Positions 1 through 11,793 are shown, counted from the stretch's first letter. The stretch is DNA of 64,000 bases from Tetramitus jugosus (GCA_937625935.1 OW569362.1:124001-188000), one strand, 5' to 3'. Notes: generated by a model not told the origin, from the letters alone. Program-made: numbers and translations.

Positions 1-266
1 AGATCCTTAAAATCTCAATGAAACGTTTCCTAAAGGTTGAATGGTTAAGAGCACCATCTGTCTCCAGAAAAAGGAAAGTGCATGTCCCCATCTTTCCAAA
101 GGATCCTCTTCTTACTCGTAATCCCAGATCCCTCAAATCACCCAGACATTTTAATTTGCCAAAGAGATATGAAACCGAGGAGAGAATCTCCATGAATGAT
201 CAACGAGAAGAGTACTTTGACTACGTACAAGATTCATATGACGATATTTCCAAGTCATCCATCTAA
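1..266 (+). CDS. Probable 3' end of a gene entering from the left edge (unknown product)
   Basis: Frame is open from position 3 (ILKISMKRFLKVEW...) to TAA at 264-266 and converges on the next gene; no recognisable motif. Confidence 0.35.
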   Translation, partial: ILKISMKRFLKVEWLRAPSVSRKRKVHVPIFPKDPLLTRNPRSLKSPRHFNLPKRYETEERISMNDQREEYFDYVQDSYDDISKSSI

Positions 267-345
267 AACACCTTACACATCTAACCTTATGTCTAGAATA
301 AAATTTATCATCGCAGCAACAGTCTGCTATTCTTCATACACACAT

Positions 346-1473
346 TTAGAACAGAGCGAGAGTCACGAGAGAAACAATGAGCAACATGATGGCTGTACCC
401 CATGCGTGAGCAGCAGGTGCAGCAGAAGTCTCACCAACCTCCTTTCTGATACCAATGGCCAAAGTACCATCACTGCCACCAATTCTACCAATATATGTCA
501 ACTCACTATTCGTATCTCCGTCCCAGGCTGCATTGATAATAGGAGCAATATATACGTGGCATCCATCCTTGTGAAGTGTTCTGTTTGTCACTTCCTTTCC
601 ATTGACAATATCAATAATCGTAGCACTGGTGAGTACACTGTGAGCAATCGTAGACATGCCCGTACTACCCTGCACACACACGTTCACACCAACGGCGTCA
701 ATGTCCTTTGATGTTGTAATGACAACACCAGATGGTAGTGTCAATTGCCCCTTGACGACACCGTAGGCTGAATCTTGGTAACCACAAGTGAAATCAAGCA
801 CGTCAGTTCGGTTCAACATGGCTGATTCACCCACTGGACAACTCGTAGCATTGTCACACTTTGGATTGACCCATTTGCCCTCAATCGACATTCCGCTCAT
901 GATGAAATCATAGCTATCTTGCTTGTACATGTTGGACACAATATTGTCCTGATAGGACGCTTGCCATGCAGAAACCGTAAAGTATGCCTGATACGCTTGA
1001 CCCCAATACTTGATACCAATGCGCTCAGACACTGAAGCAGCAATATCGGCCTCAAATCCCTCACATGTTCCATAATTGGGCAACGTAGTGTTCTGAACAG
1101 ACACATAACCATATCTCTTTGGATAATTGTCCTTGACATTGTTGGCAGCAAACAACAAAAACTTTTTGGATAGAATGTTGGCCCACGTGTCATCACGCAT
1201 CAACTCTTGCTTTGCAGGCCAATCGATAAATGGACAAATGGGATCAGGTGTAGGCAAATCTTGACCATTGCCAAACCATGACTCATAAATTTTCTTGAAG
1301 CCCTTGGATGTGGTCGTGTCGAAGATCATGTCACGAATGGCCTTGCCCATGACTCTCTGAGTCAGACTGTACTTGGAAGTGGCAGAGTGAGTCACACAGA
1401 GGAGAGTGGCGATGGTAGAGATCAACAGTAGTAGTAACAAGAGCGGGGATGATCTATTCTTGTGGGATATCAT
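346..1473 (-). CDS. Secreted, probably GPI-anchored extracellular solute-binding protein (SBP family 3 / PBPb-like)
   Basis: N-terminal hydrophobic signal peptide. Motifs EGFEADIAASV, YDFIMSGMSI, RTDVLDFTCGY and VCVQGSTG parallel the SBP_bac_3 motifs GFDIDLA, DIIxSGMSIT, ERxxxVDFSxPY and VGVQxGT. C-terminal small-residue spacer plus hydrophobic tail. Confidence 0.7.
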   Translation of the reverse strand: MISHKNRSSPLLLLLLLISTIATLLCVTHSATSKYSLTQRVMGKAIRDMIFDTTTSKGFKKIYESWFGNGQDLPTPDPICPFIDWPAKQELMRDDTWANILSKKFLLFAANNVKDNYPKRYGYVSVQNTTLPNYGTCEGFEADIAASVSERIGIKYWGQAYQAYFTVSAWQASYQDNIVSNMYKQDSYDFIMSGMSIEGKWVNPKCDNATSCPVGESAMLNRTDVLDFTCGYQDSAYGVVKGQLTLPSGVVITTSKDIDAVGVNVCVQGSTGMSTIAHSVLTSATIIDIVNGKEVTNRTLHKDGCHVYIAPIINAAWDGDTNSELTYIGRIGGSDGTLAIGIRKEVGETSAAPAAHAWGTAIMLLIVSLVTLALF

Positions 1474-1789
1474 TATTCTTGGTTGTTGTGGCGGTGGTTG
1501 TTTGTTCTGTTGGGAACAGGAAATTCAATCTCCACTTCTGGATTGACAGTCCGATAACGCGATTCAAGAAAAAAATGGCAGATTGGTCTTTTCTCAATTA
1601 TCCGCTCTACAGTCAACATGTTTTGAATTACTGATGGTTCCCAGTGCTTCATTTTTGATCAGTCCCGTCTTCAAATGTTCCAACAGCACAACATGACCTT
1701 CTCAGCCACAATATTGCACCAGGACCGTCCAAGTGAAAACTTTGTTGTAAATATTCTCCGAAGAAACAAAAAATCCTCCAAAATAAAAA

Positions 1790-4696
1790 ATGACAACAAC
1801 ATCACTCGATTGGAAGCCTGTGCACAGGAACTATCAAGAGGAGCATGAACAAATTCAAAAGTCAATGAGTGAGACATTGGAGACTGTTCAAGTGCATCCA
1901 TTGACCGCTCGACAAGTTCAACAACAACAGCAGCGAACCATGCAACAACTACAAAAGCAAAGCACAACATCATCAAAAAAGGTTTTGGATCCATTGTCAT
2001 CATCAGGTGATAGTGAAGACGGATTTACAGATGTGGATCCATTGAGTCCACTGTCCTCTCATCCATCATCATCATCATCATCTGCAGTGAACAAGAAGGT
2101 TACACCAACTGCTATTATATCAGGACAATTGAATAGAACGATTGGACAGCAAGCAAAAAAGGATTACTTGAATTGGAACTTGAAAAAAACAGCTTATTTG
2201 AAAAAGTATACGACAGATAAGAATATTCCGATTATTTCAGTATGTTGTTGCAATGTGTTGTTGCCTGTTTGTTGTTTGTCGTTGTTTCATTTTGTTGTTA
2301 ACACTTTGTGATCATGATGTTGATAGAAAATTGTGACTCATGATGAAGATGATGCAACAAGGGCAATCAAGTTGGAGGATCGATTGAAGATGCGTCTAGA
2401 ACAGTTGGACAAGGAGAACAAGGAACAAAATGTGTCTTATATGACTCAACAAGAATACATTAAGCATTTGGAGTTTTTGAATGAAGATTTGATGCAGGCT
2501 TGGAATGTACAGAATGATCGTGTGCGCTCTCTAAAGATTGTGATCAAGTGTTCCAAGATTATGGCCAAGAATGCTGTGCCCCAATTCTATCCATCCATGT
2601 TTGTGCTTGTGTGTCAAGTGTTGGACACATTTGGAAAGCTTGTGTTTCAGAGAATTAGAGAGAGGTGTCAAGAAGTTGATACAATGACTGGTAGAGTCAT
2701 CTCGAAACTTCCACAAGAGTTCAGTGCCAGAGATGTGACTGAAGACGCAAAGGAAGTCTGCCGAAATTGGTTCTTTAAAGTTGCTTCGATCAGAGAGTTG
2801 ATTGGACGATTGTACGTTGAAATGGCCATCTTGGGATGTACTCGCTTCTTGCGCGATGACAAGAAACAAATGATTGCAGATTTTGAGAGATTAGCGAAAA
2901 CGATTCGGGGTATTGGTGATCCACTGGTCGCTACCTATGCAAGATGTTTCCTTGCTCGCAAAGGACATGAATTAATCCCCGACGAGAAAGGATATTTAAT
3001 GATATTATATGAGGACTTTTTTGCAACTTTGCCGCAAATGCAAACACCTGCATTTGAAAACTTCTTGAAACAGTCACAATTGACGCGAGACCAATATCTG
3101 GATTTGTTCAGTCCAGCACTAGAATGGATCATTGAATGTATTGGATACAATGCAGGTGATGCCATATTCCAACGACTACTCAGGAGCTATGAAGAAAAGT
3201 GCAAACAATCAATGGTCCTCAACCATATTATTTCATCGTTCGATCCTAGTGTTGTTTCGAACTCTGCTTCTATACTAATCTTTATGATCAAGGATTGTCA
3301 AGATGGGTCCTTGCCTCGCTTTAAACTCTTTAGATCATTGGGAGAAAAGTTTTGTGTTTGCCCTCCTCTCGAATCGAACAAATTGGAATTATTGAACGAA
3401 GTTTGGAAGTATGTGACAAAGATGGATCAATTAAGCGATTATGTGCCCGTTGTTGAAGTGTTTATTGAATTTGTTTGCAAGAACTTTGAGTTGAGAGAAG
3501 TGAATATTTTATTGGGGGACTTGTCGCGTCATTTGAAGAGTTCTGGCCAACATGAATCTGTTGAACATGAACTTCAACAAATTTTGTTGACAGTTTTAGA
3601 AAACACAGAAGATTTTGTTCAAGTGTTCAACATGGAATACTTCCTACCAATCTTTGATCTCTTGAAAACTTCAACCCAAGTTGAAGTTAGTAAGGGCATG
3701 TTGTTAGCCTTTGCAAAGAGAGGAGAAAGTTTGCAAGCCGATCCTGTTATTATCAATTCCATTTTTGATTTGGCGAAGACTGTCCATGACTCTGTGAATC
3801 CGCTTTCTGATGATTACGAAAAGAGCACTGTGAAGCAATGCTTGTGTAATTTCATTAACAAGATTGATTTTGGTACAGCATTTGAAAAGCAACTTAACTT
3901 TTATGTTGACTGCCGGAGAGCATTCTCTCAATTCGATGAAGTGCAAGAGGCAATTATCATGCAAACACTCAAAATGATCAACAGAACCTATCAACTTATG
4001 AAAGGAAAACATACCAAGAAGACATCATCATTTGCCAAGGCATGTTTATCATTCTGCCATATCTCGATACCCTCGATTGAGGACTTGTTTAAGAGGCTAC
4101 ACCTGTTCACATTGTGTGGTCAAATGGCTGTGTTAAACAACATGCTACCTCAAGCAGATATTTTATTCAAATCTGCCATTGAGACTCTCATCGAAGTGCC
4201 TACTCTCATTATGAATGCAGACAATACCATGTATGACACTGAGGCTGATCTTGTCTCTTTCGTTCGATTACTCACCAGCTGCCTAATTTCTGTTCCAGGA
4301 CACCCCGAGCATGGTGCATTCTATCTGATACGAGGTCTTTTGAATGCAATCAATAGTTATCCTTGGCAGTCAGGCAGTGACGCGAAAGTCAGATTGTATA
4401 TTATTATGCTTGCTGCGTTTACGGCATTCTATCAAGAGCACTTGCCGTACACTTACGAGGGTGTTGAGAGTAATGACACATTATACATGGGTGGAGATAT
4501 TTATCAGAACGGTTTGCTAGAAATGGGTAATTCACTGCTGGAGCAAGTTTTGAAAGAGATAAATGCCTTGGCAGACCAGGATTCTTCAGTGAATAGAAAG
4601 CAAGCAAGTGCAAAACGTGACTTGGTTGCCTTCCTCACCTACTTCTCTGAACCAAATGAAAAGATCAGCCAGCTCATCCGCACATTATCAAAATAA
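1790..4696 (+). CDS. VPS35L: VPS35 endosomal sorting factor-like (Retriever subunit, C16orf62/UPF0505); 2 exons, intron 2240-2326
   Basis: Motifs RVRSLKIVIKCSK, FYPSMFVL, AKEVCRNWFFKVASIREL..RLYVE, RGIGDPLVATYAR and VPGHPE. A GTATGT...TAG phase-0 intron joins ORFs 1790 and 2333 in frame. Confidence 0.9.
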
Positions 4697-4713
4697 ATCC
4701 GTTTCCTTTAGTT

Positions 4714-6786
4714 CTAACTTGTGGGTGATGCAATGTTTTGATGGAACGAGAGTACTTTGGCCACCGAAATCATGCCTTGATCAACGGCAAGTTCAATAGG
4801 TGTTTTACCCTGAGAATTGGGTGTCGTCAGTACTTTGGGTGAAACAGCGTACTGGGAGTAAATCTTTTCCACCAAGTCAGCTTTGAGTTTGTCAGAGCTC
4901 TGGGGATGTGACTGGCAAGCAAGATGGAAAGCAGAAGCTCCAGTTGGGTCGTGTTCCTCAAATAGTACCTTGAATCTTGTTTCGTCATCAGGAACAAACA
5001 AAGGTGAATCGAGAACTACACCCAGTACATTTGATAATCCCCGAGCACAAGCCAGATGAACAAGTGTCGATCCATTGTAGTATCTCAACCAGTTGGTTCT
5101 ATTTCCCTTCCAAAATTTGGTAATCATTGGAATCAAACTTAAGGGCAATTGATCGATTGTGGTGGTGTTCAGTATCGAATCAACAAGAGTTCTTTCGAGA
5201 AAATCACACCACCATTGTTGACTAACTAAATTAATAAGTTCAGATGTATCATTTGATGTCAAAATAATATCTCTGATAGCCAGCCTACAAAATGTGACAT
5301 GGTTGTTGTTCAGGGCCACATCGAGAAAGCTATCATTAGTAATACTCTTCGCAAAAGGATCGCACTGGTTTTGAATGAGTTTTGAAAAGAATTGATATCT
5401 TCCATCACGTGCTGCATCAAACAAAGCGGTTTCTCCTCTATTATTCACTATATTAAGGGACCGGAATGAGGGACTGTTCATAAGATAATTGACGAATTCC
5501 TCGGACCTCCTTCGAACAGCCAAATGGACAACGCTGTCTCCTGTTGTCTCATCTCTGATGGAAGCGAGATCTATACTTGAAGTGTTACATGAATCCATCA
5601 TGGCCAGGAAAGAAGAATGGTGTGTGCGGTGCATATGTGTAACTAATTCACAAATTCGGTATAAATCGAGAGATGAGGAAACTATTTCCAATAGCGATGA
5701 GTTCCATGATGTAGATTTGGCTGTTTCAATAAATGTCGAATAATAATCGTCTAGTGACTGACTCTCCTGTCTACACTCTTGTAAACAATACTCGATACAA
5801 TTCTGAATTTTGTTACTGTGTGGAAATAGGAACAATAATCCCAACAAGCTATAGGATTGATCATGTAATTCATGTGCCAAACACTTGGAGACAGTTCGAT
5901 ACATTGGCATGATCGATTTGATCAGGCTAATATCTGATTTGATTTGATGGTATAACTCTAAAAAATTAATGACAGGATTACCGGTGACAAGATTCGTAAA
6001 TACTTCGTGATCACATGAGCCAATATCTTTCACGAGTTCATTGTTTTCCTTTGTCCATATCCTCTCAAATCGAGTAGTTTTCATATGCTTCCGCATCACA
6101 GATTCCACTGTGCTTTTCTGCGGAAAGAATGATGTCGAATAGAGCGCGGACTTCAAATGAGTGCCAATATAGACGACATGTTCCAAGGAATGATACCCAG
6201 GAATCAACGAATCCAACATATCATGGATTGTATCGAATCCATACGCTCCAAACACAACCAATTCCTTGGCACCCAGTGTACTAAAGCTCGTGTTCAGAAC
6301 ATGAGAGATCATGAAGCGAGAGGGTACCGAGCTACGAAAGTTTCCAACAATCCAAATTACCTTTTCAAACAGGAAGCGATTCATTTGATCCAGCACCGTC
6401 TGCTGTGTCTTGGACGCAGTTTGATTGTCTCTTATGTCTTTCAACTCTAAATAAAAGTATGGCATTGGTAGCAGGACACTTCTTCTTTTCAATTGCTCTC
6501 TCTGGCGTTTCTTTGAAGATCTGGGAGGAGTCGAACTACTGGTGTCAGCAGTTACTGCTCGTGGTAGCGCAACAAAAGACTGATTTATCACATGGTGCCA
6601 TGTCTTGGAAACGAGACCATAGTTTGTCAAAAAGAAATATTCTGGAACCGCCAGGAAATGAAGAGTGTTGGCAATCAATTCGTTTGGAATGTCATTCATC
6701 TCAATCTTTGTTGCCCGTTTTTCTGTTGTTTTTCTTCGCGATAGCGGAACTCGGGAAAGGAGTCGCATCTTCTGTTGTTTACACAT
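4714..6786 (-). CDS. F-box-like + ankyrin-repeat protein
   Basis: F-box-like IPNELIANTLHFL...LVSKTWH; ankyrin repeats GDSVVHLAV, GETALFDAA, GSTLVHLAC, GASAFHLAC and GKTPIELA. Confidence 0.75.
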   Translation of the reverse strand: MCKQQKMRLLSRVPLSRRKTTEKRATKIEMNDIPNELIANTLHFLAVPEYFFLTNYGLVSKTWHHVINQSFVALPRAVTADTSSSTPPRSSKKRQREQLKRRSVLLPMPYFYLELKDIRDNQTASKTQQTVLDQMNRFLFEKVIWIVGNFRSSVPSRFMISHVLNTSFSTLGAKELVVFGAYGFDTIHDMLDSLIPGYHSLEHVVYIGTHLKSALYSTSFFPQKSTVESVMRKHMKTTRFERIWTKENNELVKDIGSCDHEVFTNLVTGNPVINFLELYHQIKSDISLIKSIMPMYRTVSKCLAHELHDQSYSLLGLLFLFPHSNKIQNCIEYCLQECRQESQSLDDYYSTFIETAKSTSWNSSLLEIVSSSLDLYRICELVTHMHRTHHSSFLAMMDSCNTSSIDLASIRDETTGDSVVHLAVRRRSEEFVNYLMNSPSFRSLNIVNNRGETALFDAARDGRYQFFSKLIQNQCDPFAKSITNDSFLDVALNNNHVTFCRLAIRDIILTSNDTSELINLVSQQWWCDFLERTLVDSILNTTTIDQLPLSLIPMITKFWKGNRTNWLRYYNGSTLVHLACARGLSNVLGVVLDSPLFVPDDETRFKVLFEEHDPTGASAFHLACQSHPQSSDKLKADLVEKIYSQYAVSPKVLTTPNSQGKTPIELAVDQGMISVAKVLSFHQNIASPTS

Positions 6787-6810
6787 CTTTTATGAAATTA
6801 ATATCACTAG

Positions 6811-7701
6811 TATCTCGGTGGGACCGGCACTGTAGCAGTTGACAATGGCACTGTTTTCACTTGGGGCTTGAATGATGTTGGACAATTGGGAGATGGAACA
6901 TTTACGAGTCGAACGCTGCCAATTCCAGTGTATTCGCTGAAAGAGGATCTCCAGTGTCTCAATTGATATCCGGTCGTCATCACAATTTGAAGTTGAGAAG
7001 TGATGGGAGATTGTAGTCTTGGGGTTGGAGCTTTAGTGGGCAATTGGGCGATGGAACGTTGATCGATAGGAAAACCCGTACCAGTTGTTATGAACGGTGC
7101 GTTGAATGGTACAGTGGTCACTCAGATGGCATCAGGCTATGCTCATTCACTTGTATTGACGAATGATGAAAGAATATTTGCATGGGGTGAAAATGATTAA
7201 GCCCAATTGGGTTGTGGTACAACAACGAACACAATCGTACCGGTTAGGAAGTTGGAGATGGAACTTTGATCAAAAGGTTTCCTGTGGCAGTTGATACAAA
7301 TGGAGTCTATCTGACACAACACGCTCATTTTTTCGTCAAAGGATTCGAGTCTCGCATTGTTTCCATGAGCTTTGTCCAGTAAACATGCGCGCAATTCTGA
7401 TTTCATCCTTTCTTCCACCACAAAGAGGATGGGAACAATTTGTACAAAGCACAAAATATATTGAGATAATTATCATGGACGCCCCTTATTCTCGGCATGT
7501 ATACTCGTCGGATTTTACGCTAGGAATGGATATAGTGAGAGGATTGAGACCTGTCTTACGGAGTAATTCACCGAACCTTCCCTTATCTCCATTCCTCCAC
7601 TTGTGCAAGATTTCTACTCCTTAGCAACACGGTGTTGGGATTCAGATCCATCCAAACGACTTTCTTTTGAAGAAATAACCATGTTGTTAGGCACAAATTA
7701 A
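6811..7701 (+). pseudogene. Degraded RCC1-repeat / protein kinase pseudogene
   Basis: Manual translation gives three RCC1 repeats (GTVFTWGLNDVGQLGDGT; DGRL*SWGWSFSGQLGDGT; SGYAHSLVLTNDERIFAWGEND*AQLGCGT) with stops and frameshifts, then a kinase C-lobe remnant (IVRGLRP...LATRCWDSDPSKRLSFEEI*). Confidence 0.75.
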
Positions 7702-7720
7702 TTAATCAGAGAACGGACTG

Positions 7721-10700
7721 TTATTTTTTGGTTGTTCTTCTTCTTTTTCTTCGCCTTGAGCCATCATCTTCATCAGATTCTTCATCTTCGTTCTTTGTAA
7801 TCTCCTTTCTTTTGTCAGGCCTCTTGCCATCCCTTAAGTTCAAGAATTTTTCAACGACATAGGTTGCTGAGTCGCTCATGAGTTCTAAGGGTGTTTTGCC
7901 TTCAGAATCTTTTGTTTCTGGACTGGCGCCAAACACAAGTAGATCATACAGAATCCCTTGTGGTTGCACTGCGGCATAGTGGAGACAAGTTCTACCGACC
8001 TTGTTCTTGGTATTGACAAACTCCGTCAAATCTTTCGTGTTGAGATGATCAAGAGAGGGAAGCTTATTCTGAGTCTGTTTTGGTTGCTTAGGTACAGATC
8101 CTTCCTTGAATTGGTCAACAATAGACAGTAAAATTGAAGACAAGTCCACCTTGGCAACATATCGTGAACCACTCGTCAGCATGTGTAAGAGAGTGTTTCC
8201 TGTTTTGGTGTCAACAGCCTTCAAGGCACGATTCAACAACGGATCATCACTGTTGTGACGAACGAGCCAACTGAATAGAAAGCTAGATCCTCTCGATACT
8301 ACAAGTTGCAATGTGCTCAAAGATTTGATGTCATCACCTTCTTCGGAATCAGCTGCCTCAGATGGTGTTTGCATCAGCAATTCAAGCCATGACGGTTTTG
8401 ATTGCTCCTCTTCAGTTTGAATCACAAGTGAAACAATCTGACTCTCTTGTACTACTGTTATATGGTTTTGGATCAAACCCTTTCGAATAATTTGATGCAA
8501 TTGAGCCTTGGATGGAACTACTCCATGGTTCATGACAGCTTCTAATGCGAATAGATGCTCTTTCTTTTGGAGGGCAATTTGAACTGGGCTATCAAACTGT
8601 GCGGCATAACTATTCATATATGGCCAAAGAATAGAGAAAACTTCGTATTGACTTGAACTACAGGCAATCAGAGCTGCGTTTTTTGGTTTTCGTCCGTCAA
8701 TAGATGGAAGTGGCTCATTAATTAATTTCGATAACTCTGCCTTGTTCTTATACTTTTTCTTCCAATGCTTGATGATACATAGACACAAGGAGGAATCTCT
8801 TTCGGCGGCAATATGTAAAAGATTAGGTTTTGTGTCTTGTGTTTCGTCTCTGACCAGGATATCGGTTGTGTGATTCATCAACTTGTCAAACATTGGAACA
8901 TCTATCGCCACTTCTAATGCGAGATACATGACTGGAATCGGAGCACTTTTCTCTGAATTTTTGCTTGCGAAAACTGGCTTATTGGCAATGTCGCTCAACT
9001 GGATCGATAAGTCATTCAACAAGTATAAACCTTTAGATGCCTCGAGCAAAATTTGAAGAGGACTAACACCAGATATGGATTTCAAGTCTGCTTCTTCTGA
9101 CAGTTCTGATCGTTCATAGAGCATTTCAGGGTAATGCTCCAGACAAAGGAGCGCACAATGTCTTGCGACAGGATACTCACCAACGTGTAAAAGCTTTTGC
9201 TTTTTGTTCGTGTCTGTCATTGACTCCGTTATATCTGCCATCATTCTAACGATAAAGTGCAAAGCATTAAACCCAAGTTGCAATCTTGAACCCAAGAGCT
9301 TTGATAATGGCTGAGAAGATATCGATGGATCTTGGATAATGTAATTGATCAGTTCATAGTTTTTGTTACGAAGTGCTGACGTAATAATAGTTTCTCCCTC
9401 GTTGTTTGTGAGATCCATCTTTGCTCCTGCTCTGATTAATTCGGCGGCACCTTTGTCCACATATTCATTGTGATTGATTAGAAAATGAAAACTTGTGCTC
9501 CGATTGGAAACAACAGACCTACGAATACGGTAGGAATAGAACAGAGGGCTTTCACCCCTCTCATTCAATGAATTTGCATCAAAGCCATTTTTTAGGAGCC
9601 ATTGAATTAGCTGCAGATTCGGAGCTTCCATGGAAGCATGGAGCAAATTACCACACGATGTTCGTAAACTATGCAACGGTTTGCTCTTGAAGCAGGATAA
9701 GTTAGAGATATCTTCAAGGAACTGAATTTGAGCATTAGTGTCAATATGATACACGAACTCGTGAGGTCTGTTGAGTGGAAAGATTTGCTCGATCGGAGTT
9801 TGACCCTTATTGTTTCCTTCGGAGATCAAGCTCTCTGGACACACTGAGAGAAGGAACTGCACTAAATTTGTGTTCCATCTAAAAGCATAGTGAAGAACAT
9901 TGTTTCCATCTTTGTCTACTTGAGTGAGTGAAGCTCCAGCCGTGACCAAATAAATGATATCTTCTAAACTTCCTTTTGAATAAGGTTCAGAAAGGAACAA
10001 CTGGATAAGTGGGAGATCTTTTTGTTGATCGTTAATTAAACCCTCCGAATCTCCAAGGGCGATCAACTCAGGTTCAATCGATAGCAAGTATTTCATCAAT
10101 TTGGTCCGGACCGGAGAGCATGAATTGACGAAAGTTTCTGCGAGGTAATTTCGAACGCCATTCACAACCATCGAAGGATGGTAATTCTCTATAACAGTCT
10201 TAATTAAGGTCAATACCTCCTCACTTATACAACGTGTTACCAAAATACCGAGGATAGTGCGCCGGCTGGAACGTCCTACTTCATGCAGACTGTCAATGTT
10301 CAAGACTAACTCTGGGTATTTCATTCGATCAGGATTTGTTAGCGCCGCCAAAGCTCGAAGTGAAGTGCCCATGTCATTGAAAATAAAATTTGCGTCCAAC
10401 TTCGTACGTGGTTCGAGTAAGACCAAACCAAGATCCAGAAGCGGTTGAAAACATGGATGTTCTTGCACAACAATTTCGATAGTTGCATCAATAATTGAAC
10501 TGGTGTCTGTTCTCATAGAGCTTCCCATGTGCGACAAGAAAACTCCCTCCTTCTTAGACATGTTGTTCAAATAATCAACGTACGACACAACAGGTGCACG
10601 TAGAGTGATTGGATTATTTTTTGACTCGACCATTGACACTTTAAAGTGTGTATATACCGCTTTGATGTCTACCCAATCAACATTCGACTGATAATGTGGA

Positions 10701-11638
10701 TACGGTTGACTAAAAAGTACGTAAGGAAGAGTAAGGCACTGAATGTCCACAGTGATTGGTACGGTCTTATGTAGCGCAAAAAGATAGCGAGACATATCCA
10801 CTGTCGCTCGTCCCTTTTCAGAGAAGATTTGTAACATCTCTAACGTACGATTATAATTGAAAACCACACCGATAAAGTTCAGGTTCTTGGTCGAACTTGG
10901 TAATGAACATGCAAGAGCGCCCAATTCAAATTCGTTGATTGGGGTTTCTTGTCCTGCCCAAGAGTGAGACTTCAAATACGCTTGACGAGTGCCCAAAACA
11001 TCCAATGTTTCCAGCTGAGTAAACTTTGGCAACAGAGTTTCTACACAGACAATGAAGTTTTGCCTAACAATGAAGGAGCCGAGACCCAATCGGAGGTGCT
11101 TCACATTGGGAAACACATTTGCCAAGAACTCAAAAATTGGAATCCTGTTGTAGTTTCGAGTTCTAATACCCAGTTCACTCAACGGGAATCCTTTACCAGT
11201 GGCATCAATTGGTTTGAATTGGACTAATTGATCGTGTCCATGGTCATCCTTACGGAAATAATACTTTGGCCTACCATCATCCACCAGACTCAAATGAGTG
11301 ACATTGCCATATATTTGCTCTGGAAATTCATAAAACCATTGAGAGCACACAGACCTCAACATGAAGTAGTATGGAAATGCTGGAACGAACGACATAATCA
11401 AATGAAAAATGTCTCGGGGAATGGGTTGGCCAGCCAAAACAAAAAAACCCAAAATCTTGTCCCTTTCTTTCTCCGGATCTCTCTGCCAGACGTTGAAGAG
11501 CATAGCATCATCAACATAATCTTGCTCCTGGTGTTCCTTTTTCTCTGCGTTTGGAGAAATGGAAGTACTTGTGGCTTGGTTGTACGTCATCGGCATGTCA
11601 GTATCAGCAGCGTTCCTCAACATCTTTGTTTCTTTCAA
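7721..11638 (-). CDS. F-box-like + LRR-like + multiple ankyrin-repeat protein (1305 aa)
   Basis: IPRDIFHLIMSFV...LRSVCSQW F-box-like; FPNVKHLRL and FTQLETLDV LRR-like; ankyrins GNNVLHYA, GESPLFY, GNTLLHM, GRTCLHYAA and GKTPLEL; basic NLS-like C-terminus. Confidence 0.78.
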   Translation of the reverse strand: MKETKMLRNAADTDMPMTYNQATSTSISPNAEKKEHQEQDYVDDAMLFNVWQRDPEKERDKILGFFVLAGQPIPRDIFHLIMSFVPAFPYYFMLRSVCSQWFYEFPEQIYGNVTHLSLVDDGRPKYYFRKDDHGHDQLVQFKPIDATGKGFPLSELGIRTRNYNRIPIFEFLANVFPNVKHLRLGLGSFIVRQNFIVCVETLLPKFTQLETLDVLGTRQAYLKSHSWAGQETPINEFELGALACSLPSSTKNLNFIGVVFNYNRTLEMLQIFSEKGRATVDMSRYLFALHKTVPITVDIQCLTLPYVLFSQPYPHYQSNVDWVDIKAVYTHFKVSMVESKNNPITLRAPVVSYVDYLNNMSKKEGVFLSHMGSSMRTDTSSIIDATIEIVVQEHPCFQPLLDLGLVLLEPRTKLDANFIFNDMGTSLRALAALTNPDRMKYPELVLNIDSLHEVGRSSRRTILGILVTRCISEEVLTLIKTVIENYHPSMVVNGVRNYLAETFVNSCSPVRTKLMKYLLSIEPELIALGDSEGLINDQQKDLPLIQLFLSEPYSKGSLEDIIYLVTAGASLTQVDKDGNNVLHYAFRWNTNLVQFLLSVCPESLISEGNNKGQTPIEQIFPLNRPHEFVYHIDTNAQIQFLEDISNLSCFKSKPLHSLRTSCGNLLHASMEAPNLQLIQWLLKNGFDANSLNERGESPLFYSYRIRRSVVSNRSTSFHFLINHNEYVDKGAAELIRAGAKMDLTNNEGETIITSALRNKNYELINYIIQDPSISSQPLSKLLGSRLQLGFNALHFIVRMMADITESMTDTNKKQKLLHVGEYPVARHCALLCLEHYPEMLYERSELSEEADLKSISGVSPLQILLEASKGLYLLNDLSIQLSDIANKPVFASKNSEKSAPIPVMYLALEVAIDVPMFDKLMNHTTDILVRDETQDTKPNLLHIAAERDSSLCLCIIKHWKKKYKNKAELSKLINEPLPSIDGRKPKNAALIACSSSQYEVFSILWPYMNSYAAQFDSPVQIALQKKEHLFALEAVMNHGVVPSKAQLHQIIRKGLIQNHITVVQESQIVSLVIQTEEEQSKPSWLELLMQTPSEAADSEEGDDIKSLSTLQLVVSRGSSFLFSWLVRHNSDDPLLNRALKAVDTKTGNTLLHMLTSGSRYVAKVDLSSILLSIVDQFKEGSVPKQPKQTQNKLPSLDHLNTKDLTEFVNTKNKVGRTCLHYAAVQPQGILYDLLVFGASPETKDSEGKTPLELMSDSATYVVEKFLNLRDGKRPDKRKEITKNEDEESDEDDGSRRRKRRRTTKK

Positions 11639-11793
11639 GTACTAGAGTTTCCAGTTTTCTGAGGATCGATCAGAGCGGGAACTTGAATGTCATTACCCGA
11701 AATCTCCTCCACTACTGAAAATCCGCTGAGTCAGGAACTACACGAAGAAGGAGAATAGGTCAAGATGCTGTTTCAAAGTAAAGCTGTACTGTA

